NCBI GenBank assembly: GCA_965219695.1
Contig: CBDCOJ010000032.1
Span: 517,747-581,746, forward strand
Direction: 5' to 3'
Length of the DNA: 64,000 nt
Source of the DNA: Candidatus Poribacteria bacterium
GTDB lineage: Bacteria; Poribacteria; WGA-4E; WGA-3G
Shown here: positions 49,406 through 58,221 of the stretch, piece after piece
How positions within the stretch are numbered: the first letter of the stretch is position 1
Layout: the number at the start of each line of letters is the position of its first letter
The notes under the pieces: model-generated
Databases searched by the model: none
What the model was told of the DNA's origin: nothing
What the model saw: the letters and a program-made list of their open reading frames with translations, nothing else
Position numbers and translations under genes: made by a program

Positions 49406-51382
49406 ATGAAGATTAACGAATTGATATTAGGTAAATATAGGTTGCTTGAGTACCTCAGCTCAGGCAGCTTTTCGTCTGTCTTTCGTGCCCGCGAAGAGAT
49501 GACGAACCGTATTGTTGCGATCAAAGCTCTTTCCAAAGATGCGTATCCTGCAGATAGAATGCGGTATCTTCTTACCGAACTTGAAGCAATGTCAAATATA
49601 TGGGGACACCCTAATATCGTTTCAATCCATACGGTTGAACCGGGCAAGGACAACTATATTGCCTGGATAGTGATGGAATATATTAAAGGCACTAACCTAC
49701 ATCAACTCGTTCAGCAGGGGGATTTAACTCTAAATGATGTTCTCAATATTGGTTTAGATATTTGCAACGGTTTAAAAGCTGCGCATGCACACAATATCTT
49801 ACACCGCGATATTAAACCACAAAATATATTACTCACTCCTGAAAAAGAGGCGAAAATTGCGGATTTCAGTATCGCACGTATTTTTGGGGAATCAACCGAG
49901 TTCGCCGTAACCATGACCGGTACCCGACGCTACATGGCACCAGAACAACACTATGGGGCTTATGATTTTCGAGCTGATCTCTACGCTACAGGTTTAGTTC
50001 TTTATGAGGCACTCACAAAACAATTTCCTTTTTCTGGTGAAGCCGACGAAATTGATAAAAAGAAGGCTTCAGGTGAAATAGAGAACCTTGAAAATTGCCC
50101 AGAGGAATTCCGAAATTTTGCGATAAAAGCACTCCATCGAGATGTTGATAAACGGTACCAAACAGCAACTGAAATGTACAATGAACTTGACCGAATTCGC
50201 CGTTGGCAGTACGAACAACAAGCCTCTATCCTAATTGCAGAAAGCTCTAATTCCCCGGCAACCGAATTGGCAGGTGCACTTGAACGGTGCCGAAAGACCT
50301 TTCGATTACAAATTGATATTGCCGAGCAAATCAATCAGAACCTCTTCTTTGAAATGCGCAGTAAAGTCGAAAAGGAGAATAAAGAAAAGCTGAAAATTCA
50401 ACTCATGCAGCACTATACTGAAGCGATTGAATGTGCACGCAACGGAGACACAGATGAAGCATTTCGCGAACTGCATAAAGCACATACCCTCTGTTTGCAG
50501 GATACAGAACTCGTTGCCCAAGCGGATGCACTGTTCAAGGAAACGAGTACAGCAGCACCGCTTTCAAATACTTTGGCAGTTCAAGATATTACTGCATTGG
50601 TTGAAAATCTCTCCGAAACAGAAAAATCAATTTTGCTTGATGCGTTGACTGTATCGGAAGTTCAGATTGAACCTGAAGTTGACTATAAAGAGCCTGAAGT
50701 TTATCCCGAAGAATTGGATATGCCTGTTGCACCCAAAACCCAGGTGCAACAGGCGGAAAATTACCGTGTCTTAATAGAAGAAGCGTCCCCTGAATTCCTA
50801 TTAGATAAAGTCCACGAAGATGTTCAATACCCACATGAAGAAGAAGCTGCCTACATCTTTCAACAAGCACAAATTTTTACACAACAAGAAAACATACGCA
50901 GGTGTTACTCGCAATATAAAAGACTCGGTGCTTTTTACCACAGACATGCCAAACGATTTATTAGAATGGACGAGATAGAACTTGTTGCGAATTGTTATAC
51001 ACGTGCGCGGTTTGCTTATGCAGCAGCGAAAAAACAACGAGAGGCAAAAAGGAACGCAAGAAACGGTGCAGCGTACTATGTTCATCTGGCGCGTCAACTG
51101 GAATTACAGCGTTCATGGATAGAAGCAGGTAAATCTTATATTCTTGCCGCGGACAATTACCGTTTTGCACAACTGATTTTAGAAGTAGAAAAGTGTGAGT
51201 CTTCGGCAACTGTATGTTATTTCAATGCCGCTGAAAGTGCACATCTCATCGGAGATATCCAAACAGCGTACAATTACTATATGTCGATTATAACGATAGG
51301 TAAAAACCTTCCAAGTCCACCAAGAGCTGTGCATGAAGCGCAAAAATTGCTTGATGAAATTCGGAAAGGGAATTACGAATAA
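49406..51382 (+). CDS. Hanks-type serine/threonine protein kinase with C-terminal helical-repeat region
   Basis: VAIK, HRDIKPQNILL and MAPEQ are present. The Gly-loop is degenerate (SSGSFSSV) and the DFG motif reads DFS. About 400 aa of C-terminal alpha-helical, TPR-like sequence follow. Confidence 0.8.
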   Translation: MKINELILGKYRLLEYLSSGSFSSVFRAREEMTNRIVAIKALSKDAYPADRMRYLLTELEAMSNIWGHPNIVSIHTVEPGKDNYIAWIVMEYIKGTNLHQLVQQGDLTLNDVLNIGLDICNGLKAAHAHNILHRDIKPQNILLTPEKEAKIADFSIARIFGESTEFAVTMTGTRRYMAPEQHYGAYDFRADLYATGLVLYEALTKQFPFSGEADEIDKKKASGEIENLENCPEEFRNFAIKALHRDVDKRYQTATEMYNELDRIRRWQYEQQASILIAESSNSPATELAGALERCRKTFRLQIDIAEQINQNLFFEMRSKVEKENKEKLKIQLMQHYTEAIECARNGDTDEAFRELHKAHTLCLQDTELVAQADALFKETSTAAPLSNTLAVQDITALVENLSETEKSILLDALTVSEVQIEPEVDYKEPEVYPEELDMPVAPKTQVQQAENYRVLIEEASPEFLLDKVHEDVQYPHEEEAAYIFQQAQIFTQQENIRRCYSQYKRLGAFYHRHAKRFIRMDEIELVANCYTRARFAYAAAKKQREAKRNARNGAAYYVHLARQLELQRSWIEAGKSYILAADNYRFAQLILEVEKCESSATVCYFNAAESAHLIGDIQTAYNYYMSIITIGKNLPSPPRAVHEAQKLLDEIRKGNYE

Positions 51383-51553
51383 AGTTAATCTCTGAAGGAA
51401 TTCGGCAATAGCATCAGAATGTGATTGTAGTGAATGAGAAAATAAGTTAGCATTTTCACCATGAGTATGTTTTGATGTGTATTGAAAGTTGTCATAAAAA
51501 ACAAAGTCTATGGAGTCTAACTAATTCAGTTTCTTCAATATAGGTCAGATATA

Positions 51554-52561
51554 ATGGAAACCTATGATATTCTTGCTATTGGTCGCAGCTCCATAGACCT
51601 GTACTCTAACGATGTCGGAAGTTCGTTTCCTGAGATTACAAGTTTCGGCGCGTTTGTCGGAGGATGCCCCACTAATATTAGTGTAGGGACGCGTCGTCTT
51701 GGACTAAAGTCAGCTCTGCTCACAGCAGTTGGTGATGATCCAGTCGGAGAATTCCTACTCAAGTTTTTGAATGATGAAGGCGTTGAAACGCATTTTATCG
51801 TCAATAAACCGGGGCACCGAACAAGTGCTGTTGTACTCGGAATTGAGCCACCTGATCGATTTCCACTCATCTATTACCGTGATAACTGTGCGGATATTGA
51901 ACTTACCATTGATGACGTTATTGCTTCACCGATTGCTGAAAGTCGCTCCATCCTGATATCCGGAACAGGTCTCAGTAAAGAACCGAGTCGTAGTGCTACA
52001 ATTTATGCTACGGAACAAGCAAAAGCGATGGAACGCATGGTGTTTCTGGATTTAGATTTTCGCGCAGACCAGTGGCATGATCCTCGCGCTTTTGGTGTAA
52101 GTGTTCGATCCGCCTTACACAACGTCAACATTGCTATCGGAACTGAAGAGGAGATAAAAGCAGCATCACTCACCGATATCTCACAGATGTCAATAGAACA
52201 TTCCCAAATATCAAATCCGAATATTGAAGGGGACAGGGACTCTGCCATTGCAACCATTCTAAATGCTGGACCTGAGGCATTGGTAGTAAAACGCGGTAGC
52301 GATGGCGCAGACATCTATTTAAAACATGGAGAAGTCATCCATGCACCACCCTTTCCAGTTGAAATCTATAATACACTCGGCGCAGGCGATGCATTTGCAA
52401 GCGGTTTTATCTATGGCATACTAAACGGATGGGATTGGCGAAAATCCGCTCGACTTGGTAATGCGACTGGGGCAATTGTTGTGACACGGCACGGGTGCGC
52501 AAACTTTATGCCTACGATGGCAGAAGTCAACGCATTTGTAGAACAAAGAGGTGAACTATAA
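51554..52561 (+). CDS. iolC: 5-dehydro-2-deoxygluconokinase (PfkB family)
   Basis: Alignable with B. subtilis IolC over its full length (DILAIGRSSIDL...FVGGCPTNISVG...GAGDAF). Confidence 0.75.
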   Translation: METYDILAIGRSSIDLYSNDVGSSFPEITSFGAFVGGCPTNISVGTRRLGLKSALLTAVGDDPVGEFLLKFLNDEGVETHFIVNKPGHRTSAVVLGIEPPDRFPLIYYRDNCADIELTIDDVIASPIAESRSILISGTGLSKEPSRSATIYATEQAKAMERMVFLDLDFRADQWHDPRAFGVSVRSALHNVNIAIGTEEEIKAASLTDISQMSIEHSQISNPNIEGDRDSAIATILNAGPEALVVKRGSDGADIYLKHGEVIHAPPFPVEIYNTLGAGDAFASGFIYGILNGWDWRKSARLGNATGAIVVTRHGCANFMPTMAEVNAFVEQRGEL

Positions 52562-52598
52562 TTTATTCTAAGCGACACAGAGATAAAGGATTATTAAA

Positions 52599-54467
52599 AT
52601 GAAAACTCAAGAATTGACTATGGGACAAGCCATTGTCCAATTTCTCACGCAGCAATACGTTGAACGTGATGGAATTGAGAGGGCTTTTTTCGCAGGCATG
52701 TTCGGTATCTTCGGACACGGGAACGTAGCAGGAATTGGGCAAGCACTGCACCAATATTCCGATGTCTTCCGTTTTTATCAAACGCGTAATGAACAATCTA
52801 TGGTGCATACTGCTGCCGCTTACGCCAAGATGTCTAACCGGCTCAGTGCCTTTGCTTGCACCACTTCTATCGGACCGGGGGCAACGAACATGCTCACTGG
52901 TGCTGCAGGGGCGACAATTAACAGACTACCTGTGCTTCTATTGCCGGGGGATATTTTCTCAACACGTTTGGTTGCTCCTGTTTTGCAGCAACTGGAATCT
53001 CCAGATTCACAAGACTTTTCTGTCAACGATTGTTTCAAACCGATTTCTCGTTACTGGGACCGTATCAATCGTCCCGAGCAGATAATTACTGCGTTGCCAG
53101 AAGCGATGCGTGTGCTTACCTCACAATCTGAAACAGGAACCGTGACATTAGCCTTGCCTCAAGATGTTCAAGCGGAAGCATTTCCTTATCCTGAACAACT
53201 CTTTGAAAAACGAGTCTATACCATTCCAAGACCGCGTGCTGATGTGAATCTGCTTAACCGTGCTGTAGAATGGATTTCAAATAGCGAAAGACCACTAATC
53301 ATTGCTGGCGGTGGTGTTATCTACAGTGAGGCAACGGAGCAGTTAGCAAAATTTGCTGATCAAACCGGTATCCCTATCGGTGAGACCTTTGCTGGCAAAG
53401 GTTCGCTAAGGTATGATCACCCACAAAACCTTGGCGCAATCGGTGCTACTGGCACGCCCGGTGCCAATATCGCTGCGCGTGAAGCCGACTTAGTTATAGC
53501 CATCGGAACGCGATTGAGCGACTTTACGACTGCTTCTAAAACCGCTTTCCAAAATCCGAATGTTCGGTTTATCGCTATTAACATTGCAGAGTTTGATGCT
53601 GCGAAACACGCAGCCCTTCCGTTAGTTGCGGACGCTCGTGCCACGTTGTCTGAGTTATCAGATGCTATTGGCACCTATAGAATTAATGGCGATTACGCAA
53701 CACAGATTGAAAATTACCGAGATGCGTGGGAAGAAGAAGTAGAAAGACTCTTCCGTCTTGACCATCGTCCCTTGCCCAGTCAAAGTGAAGTTATCGGGGT
53801 GGTTAATGAATTTTCGCGTCCCGAAGATGTTGTTGTCTGTGCTGCGGGAAGTTTGCCCGGTGATCTACATAAGTTGTGGCGCACGCGTAATCCGAAGCAG
53901 TTCCATCTGGAATACGGCTATTCCTGTATGGGATATGAAATCGCTGGAGGATTAGGTATTAAAATGGCTGATCCCACCCGCGATGTCTATGTGCTGGTTG
54001 GAGACGGTTCATATCTGATGTTAGCACAAGAAATCATTACCTCAATTCAGGAAGGCTATAAATTGATTATTGTGCTTATCAATAATGATGGACACAGCAG
54101 TATTGGTGGGTTATCGCAGGCAACAGGCGCACAAGGTTTTGCTACCCGATTCCGATACCGTGATGATAATACCGGCGAATTGAAGGGAAATATTTTACCC
54201 GTTGACCTTGCAGCGAATGCGGAAAGCCTCGGTGCAAACGTCATTGAAGCAACAACGACACAAAATTTAAAAGCCGCACTACAGGAAGCGCGTGAAAGTG
54301 ACCGTACTACTGTTGTCAAGATTGATGTAGATTTTGACACAAGGGTTCCACAGTACGAATCGTGGTGGGATGTTCCTGTTGCGGAAGTTTCAGAGGTAGA
54401 TTCTGCAAAACAAGCATATCAAGAGTATAAAGAAGCAAAGCAGAAAGAGCGATATTTCCTCGGATAG
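52599..54467 (+). CDS. iolD: 3D-(3,5/4)-trihydroxycyclohexane-1,2-dione acylhydrolase (ThDP-dependent)
   Basis: 622-aa protein, collinear with B. subtilis IolD (FGIFGHGNVAGIGQAL, CAAGSLPGDLHKLW, EYGYSCMGYE, SWWDVPVAEVSE). Confidence 0.85.
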   Translation: MKTQELTMGQAIVQFLTQQYVERDGIERAFFAGMFGIFGHGNVAGIGQALHQYSDVFRFYQTRNEQSMVHTAAAYAKMSNRLSAFACTTSIGPGATNMLTGAAGATINRLPVLLLPGDIFSTRLVAPVLQQLESPDSQDFSVNDCFKPISRYWDRINRPEQIITALPEAMRVLTSQSETGTVTLALPQDVQAEAFPYPEQLFEKRVYTIPRPRADVNLLNRAVEWISNSERPLIIAGGGVIYSEATEQLAKFADQTGIPIGETFAGKGSLRYDHPQNLGAIGATGTPGANIAAREADLVIAIGTRLSDFTTASKTAFQNPNVRFIAINIAEFDAAKHAALPLVADARATLSELSDAIGTYRINGDYATQIENYRDAWEEEVERLFRLDHRPLPSQSEVIGVVNEFSRPEDVVVCAAGSLPGDLHKLWRTRNPKQFHLEYGYSCMGYEIAGGLGIKMADPTRDVYVLVGDGSYLMLAQEIITSIQEGYKLIIVLINNDGHSSIGGLSQATGAQGFATRFRYRDDNTGELKGNILPVDLAANAESLGANVIEATTTQNLKAALQEARESDRTTVVKIDVDFDTRVPQYESWWDVPVAEVSEVDSAKQAYQEYKEAKQKERYFLG

Positions 54468-54571
54468 GTGCGGTTACAATCATAGATGTTAATTTAGAGT
54501 TTTTTGTTGGACTTCGCTTTACCCAACCTACACGTTAGTCGAAATTAAATTTCAAGGAGAATTTTACGTTT

Positions 54572-54811
54572 ATGAAAGCATCAGAACTATTATCAAAACT
54601 TAAAGAGGGTGATGCCATTCCTTGCGGTAATTGCGATGGCACAATTCCTGCTGACGAGATGATGCGTTTTGTCTTTAAATTAGGAAAACTCGCGCCGCGC
54701 ATGGAAAATGCAAATGTTGGCGACATCACTTGTGTTCAGTGCCAAGCAGACGACCCTGATATTAAGATTACACCGCGTGGTCCTGATGTCAAATTTACTC
54801 GTGGAGATTAG
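54572..54811 (+). CDS. small zinc-ribbon-like hypothetical protein
   Basis: 79-aa ORF with CGNC...CVQC. RBS aaggag upstream. Confidence 0.4.
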   Translation: MKASELLSKLKEGDAIPCGNCDGTIPADEMMRFVFKLGKLAPRMENANVGDITCVQCQADDPDIKITPRGPDVKFTRGD

Positions 54812-54861
54812 ATTGACTCAAACAATTTCTGTTTTGTATACTTTTCTGATGAGGGATCCGT

Positions 54862-55599
54862 ATGTCGGAACAAATTGTTGGTAGAAATCCCGTTATGGAA
54901 GCACTACGGAGTGGCGCGCGGCAGATAGAAAAAATCTTGATTGTTCAAGGCAGTGAACATTCTCGTCTCCGACAAATAATTGATGCTGCTGAGCGCAAAG
55001 GTATTCCCTATCAACGTTGTCCAAGACACCATCTGGATACCCTGCAGCCGAATCATCAAGGTGTGATCGCATATATCAGTGAGTTTCAGTATACAGAGCT
55101 GCCAACGCTTTTGAAAAAAATTGAGAACAATAAAGATGTACCTGCTCTCTTAATAATGTTAGATCAGATTCATGATCCAAGAAATTTAGGTGCGATTCTA
55201 CGAACTGCCAACGCAACAAATACGGATGGGTTGCTAATCCCCAAAAACAACGCTGCTGAAATTACCGCAGCTGTCCATAAAGCAGCTGCGGGTAGCACAG
55301 AATGGACACCGATTACGAAGGTAACAAACCTTGCACAAACTATTGAAAAACTGAAGTCTGTTGGGATGTGGATCGTTGGCACTGCTGAGGACGCAGAACT
55401 TACATATAATTCTGCTGATTTTACAGTGCCGTTATGCATCGTTTTGGGCAACGAGGGAAAAGGAATTCGGAGGCTCGTCAAAGAGAAATGTGATTATCTC
55501 GTGCATCTACCTATGTTAGGTCAAATTCGTTCCTTAAACGTGTCTGTCACAGCAGGAGTGTTGTTATACGAAGTGCTTCGGCAACGTGGTGTTAAATAA
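54862..55599 (+). CDS. rlmB: TrmH/SpoU-family 23S rRNA (guanosine-2'-O)-methyltransferase, RlmB-like
   Basis: N-terminal L30e-like substrate domain followed by the SPOUT motifs (ILGNEGKGI, SLNVSVTAGVLLYE). Confidence 0.75.
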   Translation: MSEQIVGRNPVMEALRSGARQIEKILIVQGSEHSRLRQIIDAAERKGIPYQRCPRHHLDTLQPNHQGVIAYISEFQYTELPTLLKKIENNKDVPALLIMLDQIHDPRNLGAILRTANATNTDGLLIPKNNAAEITAAVHKAAAGSTEWTPITKVTNLAQTIEKLKSVGMWIVGTAEDAELTYNSADFTVPLCIVLGNEGKGIRRLVKEKCDYLVHLPMLGQIRSLNVSVTAGVLLYEVLRQRGVK

Positions 55600-56341
55600 C
55601 GCCTTCCTCTTTTAAGCTATAGAAGATACCATCACCGATAATAATATGGTCTAATACTTTGATGCCGACATAGTTACCGGCTTCAATCAATTGTTTAGTA
55701 GCACGGATATCCTCTTGACTTGGCTGTGGATCGCCAGATGGGTGGTTATGAGCAAGAACAATGGAGTTAGCGGACTCCTCAATAGCGAATCGAAAAATCT
55801 CACGTGGATGAAAAACGCTGGCGTTTAACGTGCCTTCAAACACTGTATCTTCAGAAAGTAGTTTTTTGCCCCACTGAATCTCGTTATCGGAGTCTCCGGC
55901 AATGCCTTGCGTTGTAACGCCGCCTTTGGTGTCAAGACACATAACGCAAACCACTTCTTTTCGGAGGTCACGCATAAGCGGCATTAACATGTCAGCCACA
56001 TCACTCGGAGAGCTAATCTTAACCCGGTCAGCATGGGAGCGAGCTAAACGCCTCCCCAATTCAAACGCGGCAACCAGTTGTGCAGCTTTGGCTGAACCAA
56101 CACCTTTGATAGACTCGAATTGTTTCGGTCGGTTCTCTGCCATCCGCTTGAGATCGTTATTATATTCAGTCAGTATCTGTTCGCCGAGTTGAACAGCAGT
56201 CGTGCCTTTGAAACCGCTTTTGAGAATAAGTGCCAGCAGCTCTGAGGTTTTTAAATGTGAGGGGCCGTGTTTGTAAAGTCGTTCACGAGGGCGTTCATCT
56301 TTTGGAAGGTCTTTGATTCGTAATCTGTCAACGGAGTACAT
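55592..56341 (-). CDS. radC: RadC-family JAB/MPN domain protein (UPF0758)
   Basis: HhH N-terminal region and the JAMM motif HNHPSGDPQPSQED. 249 aa. Confidence 0.8.
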   Translation of the reverse strand: MYSVDRLRIKDLPKDERPRERLYKHGPSHLKTSELLALILKSGFKGTTAVQLGEQILTEYNNDLKRMAENRPKQFESIKGVGSAKAAQLVAAFELGRRLARSHADRVKISSPSDVADMLMPLMRDLRKEVVCVMCLDTKGGVTTQGIAGDSDNEIQWGKKLLSEDTVFEGTLNASVFHPREIFRFAIEESANSIVLAHNHPSGDPQPSQEDIRATKQLIEAGNYVGIKVLDHIIIGDGIFYSLKEEGVI

Positions 56342-56678
56342 TTCGTTCCTTTCAATTTATTGATGGGCATTCTATCTTGATTTTAAGTATAGTTAATTTA
56401 ACCTGCAAAGGCAAGTGAATTTGTCAGAACCTTAACGGTTTGAGGTCTATTCAGATTTTGAATCAACATCCTGATACAGAATTGTCTTAACTTCAGGATG
56501 CTTAGCCTTTTACAAATTGACAAAAAACCGTAAACATATATTCATCCAAATCGTTAACAAACTAAAACCGTTGAATACGTTTTGTAATTCCCTTGACAAA
56601 ATAAATAAAAATTACATATAATAGAAACAGAATTAGGAGAAATGGCGTATAACTTAAAAACAGATAAGGGAGAAAAAC

Positions 56679-57026
56679 ATGGCAACTACGGTTCGCTACA
56701 AAGATGGTGTCACAATTTTGGAACCATCAGGTAAAATTATGGGTGCTGGGGTATCCGAACTGAGAGAAGTGATCACAGCAGAGGTAGATGCCTCCGATGT
56801 CCCGAAGATACTTATTGACTTTGAAAAGGTCAATATGATGGATAGTTCCGGTCTGGGAACACTGATGGGGGCACATGTCACTATTACTCGGCAGGGTGGT
56901 AGGGTCGGCGTTCTCAATGTCGGAAAAAATATCAAAAACTTAATTGTGCGGAGTCGGCTTGCAAGTATTTTTGAACACTTCAATACCGAAGATGAAGCTG
57001 TCTCAGCGTTAAGCGGCGATGCCTAA
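56679..57026 (+). CDS. STAS-domain anti-sigma-factor antagonist (SpoIIAA/RsbV-like) #1
   Basis: 115-aa protein with the phospho-Ser motif MMDSSGLGTL. Confidence 0.75.
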   Translation: MATTVRYKDGVTILEPSGKIMGAGVSELREVITAEVDASDVPKILIDFEKVNMMDSSGLGTLMGAHVTITRQGGRVGVLNVGKNIKNLIVRSRLASIFEHFNTEDEAVSALSGDA

Positions 57027-57065
57027 GGCACATTTCATAACCGCAGCAACCTGGAGGCTGCACTA

Positions 57066-57431
57066 ATGGCGATCACTCAATCAGAGCGGGATGGCGTTTT
57101 CATTTTTAAACTTGATGGTAGAATTATCGCATCTGATGTCCAAGACTTAACAGATACCGTTCAAGATACCCTTTCACAGGCAAATGACTCACCGAAACTC
57201 GTTTTTGACTTTAAAGACGTTACCAGCATGGATAGTTCAGGGCTTGGGGCTTTGATGAAAATCTATGCCGATATTCATCCACTCGGTGGAACAATTGCTG
57301 TGATTAATGTTAATAAACATGTCAAAAACCTCATTGTGATGGCAAGACTTATCACTGTCTTCCGGAACTTTGAAAGTGAAGACGAAGCAATCTGGGCATT
57401 ATTGAATCCGCCATCCGAATCGCCACAATAA
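57066..57431 (+). CDS. STAS-domain anti-sigma-factor antagonist #2
   Basis: 121-aa paralog with SMDSSGLGAL. Confidence 0.75.
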   Translation: MAITQSERDGVFIFKLDGRIIASDVQDLTDTVQDTLSQANDSPKLVFDFKDVTSMDSSGLGALMKIYADIHPLGGTIAVINVNKHVKNLIVMARLITVFRNFESEDEAIWALLNPPSESPQ

Positions 57432-57447
57432 TTTGTAAGGCTGTCTC

Positions 57448-58209
57448 ATGATAAAAAATATCCTCGTTTCTATAGGCGATACCGATTACGAAAAAAATGC
57501 CTTTGATTACGCAGGACAATTAGCTGTTCTTTTAGGGACACACCTCTCTTGTGTATTTTTTCAGGATAGTTCCCACGGTGGAAGTGCTGAAGTCGCAGAA
57601 ACGGTGCTGCGTCGAACCGAAAAAGAATGTGCACTTTACGATTTTTTAGATTACCATATTGAAGCTGTCGCAGGAAACCCGCGGCAGATGATTTGTCAAA
57701 AGGCGCATTCTGCCGATTTAGTCGTGGTCGGACTCCCTGAAGATATTAAAACGCGCGGTCTAAAACTCATTCAAAACCAAATTGATGATGTCCTTGCACA
57801 CATTACGAAGCCTATTATCGTCGTCCATGAACAGTGTACCCTATTACGAAAGATTTTAGTTGTTAATCATGGCGATATTTATTCTGACCATGTGCTCTCA
57901 CTTTCAGCAGAAATTGGTGAATTAACTAAATCTGAAATTCTTGGCTTAGCACTTTCAAATACCACCCAAGAAGCAACAGAGATTAAGCAACAAATGGAAG
58001 CTTACCTGCAATTCTACGATGTCCCGACTGAATTTTTGACTGCCCTCGGATTTACAGTAACAAACATCTTGGAAAACGCAGAAGCCAATGACTGTGATTT
58101 AATTGCCCTCAGCGCCAGCCATCACGGGCGATTATACGAGATGGTTTTCCAAAGCACTACACAAACCGTTGTTAAGCTTGCTAATCGTGCCGTTTTGGTC
58201 ACCAAATAA
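57448..58209 (+). CDS. universal stress protein family (tandem Usp)
   Basis: 253-aa protein with two UspA-like alpha/beta halves. Confidence 0.55.
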   Translation: MIKNILVSIGDTDYEKNAFDYAGQLAVLLGTHLSCVFFQDSSHGGSAEVAETVLRRTEKECALYDFLDYHIEAVAGNPRQMICQKAHSADLVVVGLPEDIKTRGLKLIQNQIDDVLAHITKPIIVVHEQCTLLRKILVVNHGDIYSDHVLSLSAEIGELTKSEILGLALSNTTQEATEIKQQMEAYLQFYDVPTEFLTALGFTVTNILENAEANDCDLIALSASHHGRLYEMVFQSTTQTVVKLANRAVLVTK

Positions 58210-58221
58210 TGGGGAACTCAC

